A stretch of 64,000 nt of DNA, taken from contig CAVXBV010000002.1 of the NCBI GenBank assembly GCA_963760125.1, forward strand, positions 109,244 to 173,243. Direction: 5' to 3'. Made by a program: the position numbers and the translations under genes. The stretch is from an uncultured Actinomycetota bacterium (GTDB lineage: Bacteria > Actinomycetota > Actinomycetes > Mycobacteriales > SCTD01). The notes beneath the pieces are model-generated. The model did not search any database. It had not been told where the DNA came from and worked only from the letters and a program-made list of their open reading frames with translations. Shown here one piece after another: positions 19,641 to 28,015 of this stretch. The first letter of the stretch is position 1; each line of letters begins with the position of its first letter.

Positions 19641-19713
19641 TCAGCAGACGACGCTCAACGCCGGGACGCGCTCGGCCCGATCACCGAGGCGAGCTGGGTC
19701 CGGCCAGCGGTGC

Positions 19714-20196
19714 TCAGGACGCGAGGACCTCGTCGAGGATGAGCTCGGCCTTGTCCTCGTTGGTGCCCTCGGCGAGCGCGAGCTCGCTGACGAGGATCTG
19801 GCGCGCCTTGGAGAGCATGCGCTTCTCCCCGGCCGACAGCCCACGCTCCTTGTCGCGACGCCAGAGGTCGCGGACGACCTCGCCGACCTTGTTGATGTCG
19901 CCGGAGGCGAGCTTCTCGAGGTTGGCCTTGTAGCGGCGTGACCAGTTGGTCGGCTCCTCGACAGCGGGAGCCCGCAGCACCTCGAAGACCTTGTCCAGGC
20001 CGTCCTGTCCGACGACGTCCCGGACGCCGACGATCTCGGCGTTGTCCGCCGGAACGCGGACGGTCAGGTCGCCCTGCGCGACATGCAGGACGAGGTAGAC
20101 CTTGTCCTCGCCCTTGATCGTGCGCGTCTCGATCGCCTCGATGAGCGCAGCTCCGTGGTGCGGGTAGACGACTGTCTCGCCAACCTTGAACGTCAC
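19714..20196 (-). CDS. carD: CarD family RNA-polymerase-binding transcription regulator
   Basis: [37 protein letters not shown]...[17 protein letters not shown]. Confidence 0.96.
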   Translation of the reverse strand: MTFKVGETVVYPHHGAALIEAIETRTIKGEDKVYLVLHVAQGDLTVRVPADNAEIVGVRDVVGQDGLDKVFEVLRAPAVEEPTNWSRRYKANLEKLASGDINKVGEVVRDLWRRDKERGLSAGEKRMLSKARQILVSELALAEGTNEDKAELILDEVLAS

Positions 20197-20387
20197 GTGG
20201 TGGTCCTCTCGCCGACCCCCAGACTACCACGGCAGCGGCAGGTCCTGACAGGTCCGCGACCGGTAAAGGCGCAGGTCAGAGGCCCTGTCCGTGATCCACA
20301 GCGTGCAAGCGGGCTCTTGACAGGAGGGCCTGCCCATGCCCTCGCCCCCCTGACGGACGATGCACCGGGCAGGGCAGACTCGCGCGC

Positions 20388-21044
20388 ATGACCCTGCTCC
20401 GCTGGTTGGTGCTGGCCTCTCACGCCGGGCCCACGGCCGCGATGACCAGCCTGGCCGTCGCGCTCGGCGCCGGGTCCGGTCCCGGTCGCAGCCTCGCCCT
20501 CGGAGCGGCCGTCCTGGCCGGCCAGCTCTCCGTCGGCTGGAGCAACGACTGGGTGGATGCCGGCCGCGACCGGCAGGTCGCCCGCGCCGACAAGCCGGTG
20601 GTGCAGGGCCTGCCGGTGCCCGTCCTGCGGCGTGCCGCGCTGCTCGCGCTGACCGCCTGCGTCCCGCTGAGCCTCGCGCTCGGGCTGCGCGCCGGGGCGG
20701 CGCACCTGGTCGCCGTGGCGAGCGCCTGGGCCTACAACGCGGGGCTCAAGTCCACCCCGTGGTCCCTCGCGCCGTACGTCGTGGCGTTCGCCCTGCTGCC
20801 GAGCGTGGTGACCCTCACGGGTCCGGCCGGCGCGGCGGCGCCCGCCTGGGCCACCACGGCGGGGGTGCTCCTGGGGATCGGCGTCCACGGGCTGAACGTG
20901 CTGCCCGACCTCGAGGAGGACCGCGCCACCGGCGTCCGGGGGCTGCCGCACCGCCTGGGCCGTCGTCGTACGGCCGTCCTGTCCGTGTCCTCGCTCGTGG
21001 CCGCAGCTTTCGTCGTGCTGCTGCTGGGCAGCCCCCTGACCTGA
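20388..21044 (+). CDS. UbiA-family prenyltransferase, short form (218 aa)
   Basis: Asp-rich motifs NDWVDAGRD and LPDLEEDRATG, with about 6-7 TM helices. Confidence 0.7.
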   Translation: MTLLRWLVLASHAGPTAAMTSLAVALGAGSGPGRSLALGAAVLAGQLSVGWSNDWVDAGRDRQVARADKPVVQGLPVPVLRRAALLALTACVPLSLALGLRAGAAHLVAVASAWAYNAGLKSTPWSLAPYVVAFALLPSVVTLTGPAGAAAPAWATTAGVLLGIGVHGLNVLPDLEEDRATGVRGLPHRLGRRRTAVLSVSSLVAAAFVVLLLGSPLT

Positions 21045-21075
21045 CCTGCGTCGCCGGGACAGTCACAATGGACAG

Positions 21076-21768
21076 GTGACGCGCCGCTCGACCACCCCTG
21101 CCCTCCTCAGCCTCGCGCTGCTCCTGACCGCCTGCGGCGGGGCCGGCTCCGGCGCGGCCTCCCCGTCGGCGTCCCCCTTCGGCTATCACGGGGTCGAGCC
21201 GCAGCCGACACCCACGCGCCCCGCTTTCGTCCTCACGGACACCACCGGCGCTCGCTACGACTTCACCGCCGAGACGGCGGGCCGTCCCACCTTCGTCTAC
21301 TTCGGCTACACCAACTGCCCCGACGAGTGCCCGACCGCCATGGCCGACATCGCCTCCGCGCTGCGCACTGTCGACCCCGCGCTCAAGGCCAAGACGAAGG
21401 TCGTCTTCGTCACCACCGACCCCAAGCGCGACAGCGCTCCCGTGCTCCGGCGGTGGCTGGACCAGTTCTCCGCCGAGTTCGTCGGGCTGCTCGGCACGGA
21501 CGCGGAGGTGGGGGCGGCGCAGCAGGCCGCGGGAATCCAAGCGGCGTTCCCCGAGGGCCCGGTCCCGACCCTGTCCGGAAAGCCGAACGAGCACCCGCAC
21601 AAGGAGGGCACCGCGCCGCACAAGCACCTCGGACCGCTTGGGTACTCTGTGGCCCACTCAGCCGTGATCTTCGCCTACAACGCCGACGATCGCCTTCCGG
21701 TGGTCTACCCGGGGGGCGTGACCCCGTCGGACATCGCGGCCGACCTGCCCGTCCTCGCCAACCCGTAG
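21076..21768 (+). CDS. SCO1/SenC-family thioredoxin-like copper chaperone, lipoprotein
   Basis: Lipobox LLLTACGG, FVYFGYTNCPDECP (CxxxC) and a conserved His near the C-terminus. Confidence 0.85.
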   Translation: MTRRSTTPALLSLALLLTACGGAGSGAASPSASPFGYHGVEPQPTPTRPAFVLTDTTGARYDFTAETAGRPTFVYFGYTNCPDECPTAMADIASALRTVDPALKAKTKVVFVTTDPKRDSAPVLRRWLDQFSAEFVGLLGTDAEVGAAQQAAGIQAAFPEGPVPTLSGKPNEHPHKEGTAPHKHLGPLGYSVAHSAVIFAYNADDRLPVVYPGGVTPSDIAADLPVLANP

Positions 21769-21801
21769 CCAACCCGTAGCCAACCCGTAGCCAACCCGTA
21801 G
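21758..21801 (+). repeat. Four perfect tandem copies of the 11-bp unit CCAACCCGTAG
   Basis: Read directly from the sequence. Copy 1 contains the SCO stop codon TAG, and copy 4 runs into the GGAG SD of the next gene. Confidence 0.95.
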
Positions 21802-21809
21802 GAGCCCCC

Positions 21810-22337
21810 GTGCGCAGCCCCGCTCTCGCCGCCGCTGTCCTGAGCGCTGCCGTCCTGAGCGCCGGCTGCGGCACCGGCCTCCAGGCGCAGACCTACGCGC
21901 CGCGCGACGTCGCCGAGGGCACCAACGCCACGGCCGGTTCCCTCGAGATCCGCAACCTCGGCGTGGAGCGCGGTTCCATGGGCAGCGCCGACCCGAGCGC
22001 GGCGCCGCTCCCGCTGTCGATCGTCACGGGCGTCATCGTCAACACCGGGAGCGAGGCCGACGCGCTCGTCAGCGCCACCTCGACCGCGGCCGGCTCGGTC
22101 CAGCTGCTCACGCCCGAGGGCGACCAGAACCTCGCGATCCCGGCCGGCGGGTCGACCGGCGCCGACTGGGCCCTGCGCCTGGACGCCCTCCCCGCGCCGC
22201 TCACCCCCGGGACGTTCATCACCGTGACCCTCACGTTCGCCAAGGCGCCGCGCACCACGCTGCAGGTCCCGGTCCGCGCCGGCGACAACGGCCTCGCCGA
22301 GCGCGAGGAGCTGCAGGACCCCTACGCCGAGCACTGA
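21810..22337 (+). CDS. LpqE-like lipoprotein (DUF461 / PCuAC-like fold; no obvious Cu ligands)
   Basis: Lipobox VLSAGCG, GTG start. It sits immediately before radA, as lpqE does in M. tuberculosis. I did not see the His/Met ligands of canonical PCuAC. Confidence 0.6.
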   Translation: MRSPALAAAVLSAAVLSAGCGTGLQAQTYAPRDVAEGTNATAGSLEIRNLGVERGSMGSADPSAAPLPLSIVTGVIVNTGSEADALVSATSTAAGSVQLLTPEGDQNLAIPAGGSTGADWALRLDALPAPLTPGTFITVTLTFAKAPRTTLQVPVRAGDNGLAEREELQDPYAEH

Positions 22338-22371
22338 CCCGGCGTCGGACCGGGCGGTTAGCGTCCGAGCC

Positions 22372-23766
22372 ATGACCAAGCCCGCCACCCGCCCGAGCCA
22401 CCGCTGCGCCGAGTGCGGCACCACGGTCGCCAAGTGGGTCGGCCGCTGCCCGGAGTGCCAGGCCTGGGGCTCGATCTCCGAGGTCGGGGCCGCGCGCGTC
22501 CGCCTGTCCGCCGGACCCGTCAGCACCCCCGCTCGGCCCATCACCGAGGTCAGCGCCGAGGAGTCCGCCTCGCGGCCGACCGGGGTCGCGGAGCTCGACC
22601 GGGTCCTCGGCGGTGGTCTGGTCCCGGGGTCGGTCGTCCTGCTGGCAGGCGAGCCCGGCGTCGGCAAGTCCACCCTGCTGCTCGAGGCCGCGTCTCGCGG
22701 CGCGACCGCCGAGCGACCCACGCTTTACGTCACCGGCGAGGAGTCGGCCGCGCAGGTGCGCCTGCGGGCCGGTCGCACCGGGGCGCTCAACGAGCACCTG
22801 TGGGTCGCGGCCGAGACCGACCTGTCGGCCGTGCTGGGGCACATCGACACCGTCCAGCCCGGTCTGCTCGTCGTCGACAGCGTGCAGACGATCGCCACCG
22901 CGCAGGCCGAGGGCAGCGCGGGCGGGGTGACCCAGATCCGCGCGGTGGCCGCTGCCCTCATCGGGCTGGCCAAGGAGCGCGGGCTCGCGACCGTGCTCGT
23001 CGGGCACGTCACCAAGGAGGGCAGCATCGCCGGACCCCGGCTGCTCGAGCACCTGGTCGACGTGGTCCTGCACTTCGAGGGCGACCGCAACTCCACCTTG
23101 CGCATGGTGCGGGCCGTCAAGAACCGGTACGGCGCCGCGGACGAGGTCGGGTGCTTCCAGATGACGGAGACGGGCATCGAGGGACTGACCGACCCGTCCG
23201 GGCTGTTCCTCTCCCGTGCCGAGCGCGCCGTCCCCGGGACCTGCGTCACCGTCACCGTCGAGGGCCGTCGTCCCCTGCTCGCCGAGGTCCAGGCCCTGGT
23301 CACCGCGGCTTCGCGCGAGAACAGCCCGCGACGGGCGGTGTCCGGCCTCGACCCCGGTCGGGTCTCGATGGTGCTCGCGGTCACGGAGAAGCGCACCGGG
23401 ACCAAGGAGCTCGCGTCGCACGACGTGCACACCGCCACGGTCGGCGGGGTGCGCATCAACGATCCCGGCGCCGACCTCGCGCTGCTGCTGGCCCTGCGGA
23501 GCGCCGTCCGCGACGAGCCGGTCCCGACCGGGCTGGTCGCGATCGGCGAGGTGGGCCTGTCGGGCGAGGTCCGCCCGGTGGCGGGTGTGGCCCGCCGGCT
23601 GGCCGAGGCCGCCAGGTTGGGGTTCACCGCGGCGATCGTCCCGGTCGGGAGCGGCGTCGCCCCCGACGGGATGAAGGTGCTCGAGGTCATCGACGTCGAC
23701 AGCGCCCTGCGCGCCGTGTCGGCCCTCGGCGGCCGCACCCGCCTGCGTTCGGTCCCGCGGCCCTAG
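22372..23766 (+). CDS. radA: DNA repair protein RadA/Sms
   Basis: CAECGTTVAKWVGRCPECQAWG Zn finger, GEPGVGKSTLLL, KNRYG, and a Lon-like C-terminal domain. Confidence 0.96.
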   Translation: MTKPATRPSHRCAECGTTVAKWVGRCPECQAWGSISEVGAARVRLSAGPVSTPARPITEVSAEESASRPTGVAELDRVLGGGLVPGSVVLLAGEPGVGKSTLLLEAASRGATAERPTLYVTGEESAAQVRLRAGRTGALNEHLWVAAETDLSAVLGHIDTVQPGLLVVDSVQTIATAQAEGSAGGVTQIRAVAAALIGLAKERGLATVLVGHVTKEGSIAGPRLLEHLVDVVLHFEGDRNSTLRMVRAVKNRYGAADEVGCFQMTETGIEGLTDPSGLFLSRAERAVPGTCVTVTVEGRRPLLAEVQALVTAASRENSPRRAVSGLDPGRVSMVLAVTEKRTGTKELASHDVHTATVGGVRINDPGADLALLLALRSAVRDEPVPTGLVAIGEVGLSGEVRPVAGVARRLAEAARLGFTAAIVPVGSGVAPDGMKVLEVIDVDSALRAVSALGGRTRLRSVPRP

Positions 23767-23795
23767 ACTCCGCCTCACACCCGGGAGGAGCACGC

Positions 23796-24875
23796 GTGGC
23801 GAACACTGACGACCTGCTGCGCACGACGCTGTTCCAGGTGGCCCCCGGGACCGCCCTGCGCGACGGCCTCGAACGCATCCTGCGCGGCAACACCGGCGCC
23901 CTGATCGTGCTCGGCTTCGACAAGCTCGTCGCGTCGGTCTGCACCGGCGGCTTCGACCTCGACGTCGACTTCTCCGCGACGCGGCTGCGCGAGCTGTCCA
24001 AGATGGACGGCGCGCTGGTGATGACCGGCGACCTGTCCAAGATCATCAAGGCCGGCGTGCAGCTCGTCCCGGACTCCTCGATCGAGACGGCGGAGACCGG
24101 CACCCGGCACCGCACGGCCGAGCGGGTGGCCAAGCAGACCGGCTGCCCCGTCATCAGCGTGAGCCAGTCCATGCGGATCATCGCGCTGTACGTCGACGGC
24201 CGCCGCTACGTCCTGGACGACAGCGCCGCGATCCTGTCCCGCGCGAACCAGGCACTGGCCACGCTCGAGCGGTACAAGCTGCGCCTCGACGAGGTCGCCG
24301 GAACGCTGTCGGCGCTGGAGATCGAGGACCTCGTCACCGTCCGCGACGCGATGGCTGTCTCGCAGCGGCTGGAGATGGTGCGCCGGATCGCCACCGAGAT
24401 CGAGGGGTACGTCGTCGAGCTCGGCACCGACGGGCGCCTGCTGTCGCTGCAGCTCGACGAGCTGATGGCCGGCGTGGAGGGCGAGCGCGAGCTCATCGTC
24501 CGCGACTACCTCGTCAGCGGCTCGGGCCGCAAGACCCGCACGGTCGCGGACGCGGTCACCGACCTCGACCTGCTCCCCGGCAACGAGCTGCTCGACCTGG
24601 CCTCCATCGCCCGGGCGGTCGGCTACGCCGCGGGTGCGGATGCGCTCGACGCCGCCGTGTCGCCTCGCGGCTTCCGGCTGCTGGCCAAGGTGCCGCGGCT
24701 GCCCAACCCGATCATCGAGCGGCTCATCGAGCACTTCGGGGGGCTGCAGAAGCTGCTGGCCGCCGGTATCGACGACCTGCAGATGGTCGAGGGCGTCGGC
24801 GAGGCTCGGGCCCGGTCGGTCCGCGAGGGCCTGTCCCGCTTGGCCGAGTCGAGCATCCTCGAGCGCTACGTCTAG
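23796..24875 (+). CDS. disA: DNA integrity scanning protein DisA (diadenylate cyclase)
   Basis: GTALRDGLERILRGNTGALIVLG...DGALVM...TGTRHRTAERVAKQTG (DAC domain) plus a C-terminal HhH. GTG 23796 follows GGGAGGAG. This is the tail of the 22413..24875 ORF frame. Confidence 0.93.
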   Translation: MANTDDLLRTTLFQVAPGTALRDGLERILRGNTGALIVLGFDKLVASVCTGGFDLDVDFSATRLRELSKMDGALVMTGDLSKIIKAGVQLVPDSSIETAETGTRHRTAERVAKQTGCPVISVSQSMRIIALYVDGRRYVLDDSAAILSRANQALATLERYKLRLDEVAGTLSALEIEDLVTVRDAMAVSQRLEMVRRIATEIEGYVVELGTDGRLLSLQLDELMAGVEGERELIVRDYLVSGSGRKTRTVADAVTDLDLLPGNELLDLASIARAVGYAAGADALDAAVSPRGFRLLAKVPRLPNPIIERLIEHFGGLQKLLAAGIDDLQMVEGVGEARARSVREGLSRLAESSILERYV

Positions 24876-24895
24876 CAGCGTCCCCCGCGGGCGGC

Positions 24896-25066
24896 TCAGC
24901 GCGCGCGCTTGGCCCGTCGCCGCTTGGCGACGGTGAACAGCACCGAGGCGACGAGCAGCAGCGCCGCCACCGCGAACAGCGCCACGACCGCCTTCACGAT
25001 CGCGACCACGACGAGGAGCACGGCCAGGACGAACAGCAGGTCGCTGGTCCGCGCCAACCGCTTCAT
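24896..25066 (-). CDS. 56-aa two-TM membrane peptide, last gene of the Che-like operon
   Basis: MKRLARTSDLLFVLAVLLVVVAIVKAVVALFAVAALLLVASVLFTVAKRRRAKRAR. It is below the ORF-track size cutoff. Its ATG overlaps the cheW stop codon (ATGA). Confidence 0.55.
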   Translation of the reverse strand: MKRLARTSDLLFVLAVLLVVVAIVKAVVALFAVAALLLVASVLFTVAKRRRAKRAR

Positions 25067-25479
25067 GCCTGCACCGCGGAGACCCGGGCACTGGCCACCA
25101 TGGCCGCCAGGTCCACGAGGAAGACCGATCCGGCGGTTCCGCGCAGCACCTCCACGACGTACGACGGAAGCTCGTCGGCCGAGCCCCCGGCGGCGCTGAG
25201 CTCCCCCTCGTCCACCACCGATCGCACCTTGTCGACGGCGACCCCGATGAAGGTGTCGCCGCTCTCCATGACCATCACGTCCCCGCGGTCACCGACCGCG
25301 CCCGAGCGCAGGTCCAGCACCGGGAGCGCCGTGCCGCGCAGGTCGAGCACCCCGGCGAGCGGCGGCGTCATGCCGGGCAGGTCGTCCAGGTTCTCCAGAC
25401 GCACGACCTCACGGATCGACGACAGGGGCGTGGCGTACTCCCTGGCCCCCAGGGCGAACGTCACCAGGCTTGCGCTCAT
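25063..25479 (-). CDS. cheW: CheW-like coupling protein
   Basis: LVTFALGAREYATPLSSIREVVRL...LAGVLDLRGTALPVLDLR...FIGVAVDKVRSVV. ATGA overlap with cheR. Confidence 0.85.
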   Translation of the reverse strand: MSASLVTFALGAREYATPLSSIREVVRLENLDDLPGMTPPLAGVLDLRGTALPVLDLRSGAVGDRGDVMVMESGDTFIGVAVDKVRSVVDEGELSAAGGSADELPSYVVEVLRGTAGSVFLVDLAAMVASARVSAVQA

Positions 25480-26876
25480 CGGACCTCCTGCTCGGGCGCC
25501 CGCGCCAGCGAGCGGCACAGCTGCACCAGCTCCCGCACGCTACGCCCTCCGAGCTCCTCGGCGGTCGCATCACCAGGCTGCAGCCCCAGGGTGTCCGCAG
25601 CAGCGGCGTACGCCGCGGACGACGGCCGGCCCAGTCGGGCGAGCACACCGGCGAGCAGGAACTGCGCGAAGCCCCTGGTCGGCTCGAGGTAGACCGCCTT
25701 GCGCAGGTCGACCAGTGCGTCCTCGTCGCGCCCGGCCGAGACCAGCGCCAGCGCCCGCAGGTAGTAGGCGTCGGCCCGCCCCGGATCGATCGCGGTCGCG
25801 TCGCCGGCGGCCTGGGCCGCCTGCTCGTAGAGCCCTGCCGCGAGGGACGCTCGCGCCTTGACCAGCAGGTGGTCGGGACTGGTCACCCGCCCCTCGTCCG
25901 TGCGCCCCTCGCCCCGACGCGCCTCGTCCCGACGGGGCTGGACCCGCCGTTCCGGCGCCGGCGGCGGAGGTCCCTCGTCCTCGGTACGGCGGTCGGGCAG
26001 AATCGTGCGGCGCTCAGGGGCCTGGTCCGGGGCGGGGTCGAGACGGCGGTAGACGAACGTGGCGCTGTCGCCGGTGCCCAGCGACACCAGGCGGAAGTCC
26101 TCGCTGATCTGCCAGAGCGTCTCGGCGTGACCGAGGAACAGGTAGCCCCCGTCGCGCAGGCTGTGGTGCAGCCGCATCATCAGCGCCCGGGTCGTCTCGC
26201 GGGCGAAGTAGATCGTGACGTTGCGGCACAGGACGAGGTCGATGCGCTCGCTGGGCGGGAACGGGACCGCCTCGGTGACCAGGTTGTGGTGCCGGAACTC
26301 CACCAGGTCCCGTACCTCCTGCCGCACCTCCACGCCGCCCTCCGGGGTGGGCACGAAGAAGCGGCCGAGCTGCTCCGGCGTCGCGAGCGCCACCGCGCGG
26401 GCGCCGTACCTGCCGACCTTGGCCGCCGCCAGCGCGCGGGTGGAGACGTCGGTGGCGAGCACCTTGACGTCCCAGCCGTCGGTGCTCGGCAGCAGCTCGC
26501 GCAGCGCCATCGCCAGGCCGTAGGGCTCTTCGCCCGTGGAGCACCCGGCGCTCCAGATGCGCAGCCGCTTGCCGTTGGCCTCCGCGTGCCGGAGCAGCTC
26601 CGGCAGCACGTGCGTGCGCAGCACCCGGGTCTGCGGGGGGTTGCGGAAGAAGTGGGTCTCCTGGATGGTGACCTCGTTGAGCAGGGCCTGGCGCTCCCCG
26701 ACGTCGGAGAGCAGACCGAGGTAGGTCGCGACGTCCGGTGCCCCGGTCGCACGCAGCCGCTCTCCCACTGAGTACGACATCGACTGCAGCCGGCTGTCGT
26801 CGAACACCAGCCCGGCGGCCTGCGACAGCAGCGAGCGCAGCGCCTCGAACTCCGGCCGCGCGAGCTGCAGGCTCAT
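25476..26876 (-). CDS. cheR: CheR-type protein-glutamate O-methyltransferase with C-terminal TPR domain
   Basis: ETHFFRNP, RIWSAGCSTGEEPYGLAMAL, DLVLCRNVTIYF, then a charged linker and TPR repeats (ADAYYLRALALVSAGRDEDALVDLRKAVYLEP). Confidence 0.9.
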   Translation of the reverse strand: MSLQLARPEFEALRSLLSQAAGLVFDDSRLQSMSYSVGERLRATGAPDVATYLGLLSDVGERQALLNEVTIQETHFFRNPPQTRVLRTHVLPELLRHAEANGKRLRIWSAGCSTGEEPYGLAMALRELLPSTDGWDVKVLATDVSTRALAAAKVGRYGARAVALATPEQLGRFFVPTPEGGVEVRQEVRDLVEFRHHNLVTEAVPFPPSERIDLVLCRNVTIYFARETTRALMMRLHHSLRDGGYLFLGHAETLWQISEDFRLVSLGTGDSATFVYRRLDPAPDQAPERRTILPDRRTEDEGPPPPAPERRVQPRRDEARRGEGRTDEGRVTSPDHLLVKARASLAAGLYEQAAQAAGDATAIDPGRADAYYLRALALVSAGRDEDALVDLRKAVYLEPTRGFAQFLLAGVLARLGRPSSAAYAAAADTLGLQPGDATAEELGGRSVRELVQLCRSLARAPEQEVR

Positions 26877-28015
26877 GTCCGACCGACCAGCGCCAGCAGG
26901 GCCCCCGCGATCTGCGTGATCGGCAGCTGCTGCCCCACGGCGCCCGTCACCCAGGCGACCTGCGGCATGCCGTAGACCGTGCTCGTGAGCTCGTCCTGGC
27001 CAAGGGTCGCCGCGCCGCGGTCCCGCATCGCCTTGAGGCCGGCGGCACCGTCGCGTCCCATGCCGGTCAGGAGCACACCGACGGCGTCCGGCCCGAGGGC
27101 GCTCGCGATGCTGGAGAAGCACTGGTCGATGCCCGGCACGTGGAACTGACCGGCCTCCGGCGGGACGCAGACGGTCCGCAGCCGGGCGTCCTGGACGAGC
27201 AGGTTCTGACCGCTCGGCGCGATCGTCACGGTGCCGGGCTCGAGCCGTCTCCCGGACGCCCCGACGACGACCGGCAGGGGCACCAGGTCGTTGAGCCAGC
27301 TGGCCAGGCCGGGGATGAAGCCCTCGGCCATGTGCTGGACGACGAGCACGGCCTGGGTGAGGTCGGCGGGCAGTCCCCCCAACACGGTCTGCAGGGCCTG
27401 AGGTCCCCCTGTCGAGGCGCCGATCGCCAGCAGCTTCACCCCTGGGTGCACCGGGTCCTGGACCGACGGAGGGCCGGCCGGCTGGGGCACCGCCGCGGAG
27501 TCCTGGTCCACCACGGGGGACGGAGCCACGGCTCGGTCGGTGTCGTGCACCCGGCCCCGCGGGTGGGTGATGACTCGGACCCGGGCGGCGACCCGGATGC
27601 GGCGTCGCAGCTGGTCGGCGTAGTCGTCGAGCGTCCCCACGTGGTCGGGGCTCGGCTTGGCCATGACGTCGACGGCGCCGGCAGCGAGAGCCTCGAGGGC
27701 GTTGTCGCTCTCCGTGCCGGTCACGTGGGCGCTGAAGACGACGATCGGTCTCGGGCTGCCGGCCATGATCCGCTCGATCGCCTCGAGCCCCCCCATGACC
27801 GGGAGGTCGAGGTCCATCAGCACGACGGTCGGCTGGAGGCGTCGGACGAGGGCCACGCCCTCCTTGCCGTTGCGCGCTTCGCCCACCACGGTCATCGAAG
27901 GGTCGGAGTCGATGACACCGCGCAGGAACCGGCGCTGCACGGGAGAGTCGTCCACGACGACCACCGAGGTCGGGGGGACGGGGACCACGGTCTCCAGCGA
28001 GACGGACTGCGTCAT
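26873..28015 (-). CDS. cheB: CheB-type response regulator / protein-glutamate methylesterase
   Basis: REC domain (VVVVDDSP...VVLMDLDLPVMGG) plus esterase triad context (IGASTGGPQAL, VVQHMAEGF, LLTGMGRDGAAGL). Confidence 0.92.
   Translation of the reverse strand: MTQSVSLETVVPVPPTSVVVVDDSPVQRRFLRGVIDSDPSMTVVGEARNGKEGVALVRRLQPTVVLMDLDLPVMGGLEAIERIMAGSPRPIVVFSAHVTGTESDNALEALAAGAVDVMAKPSPDHVGTLDDYADQLRRRIRVAARVRVITHPRGRVHDTDRAVAPSPVVDQDSAAVPQPAGPPSVQDPVHPGVKLLAIGASTGGPQALQTVLGGLPADLTQAVLVVQHMAEGFIPGLASWLNDLVPLPVVVGASGRRLEPGTVTIAPSGQNLLVQDARLRTVCVPPEAGQFHVPGIDQCFSSIASALGPDAVGVLLTGMGRDGAAGLKAMRDRGAATLGQDELTSTVYGMPQVAWVTGAVGQQLPITQIAGALLALVGRT

Noticed and set aside
21758-21801. The tandem repeat as a CRISPR-like array.
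   Set aside because: The 11-bp units are contiguous with no spacers, and there are no cas genes. It is a simple microsatellite-type tandem repeat.
21810-22337. Calling this lipoprotein a copper chaperone PCu(A)C because it follows a SCO gene.
   Set aside because: The expected His/Met copper ligands are not visible. Its position before radA matches LpqE, so I kept the neutral LpqE-like / DUF461-fold call.
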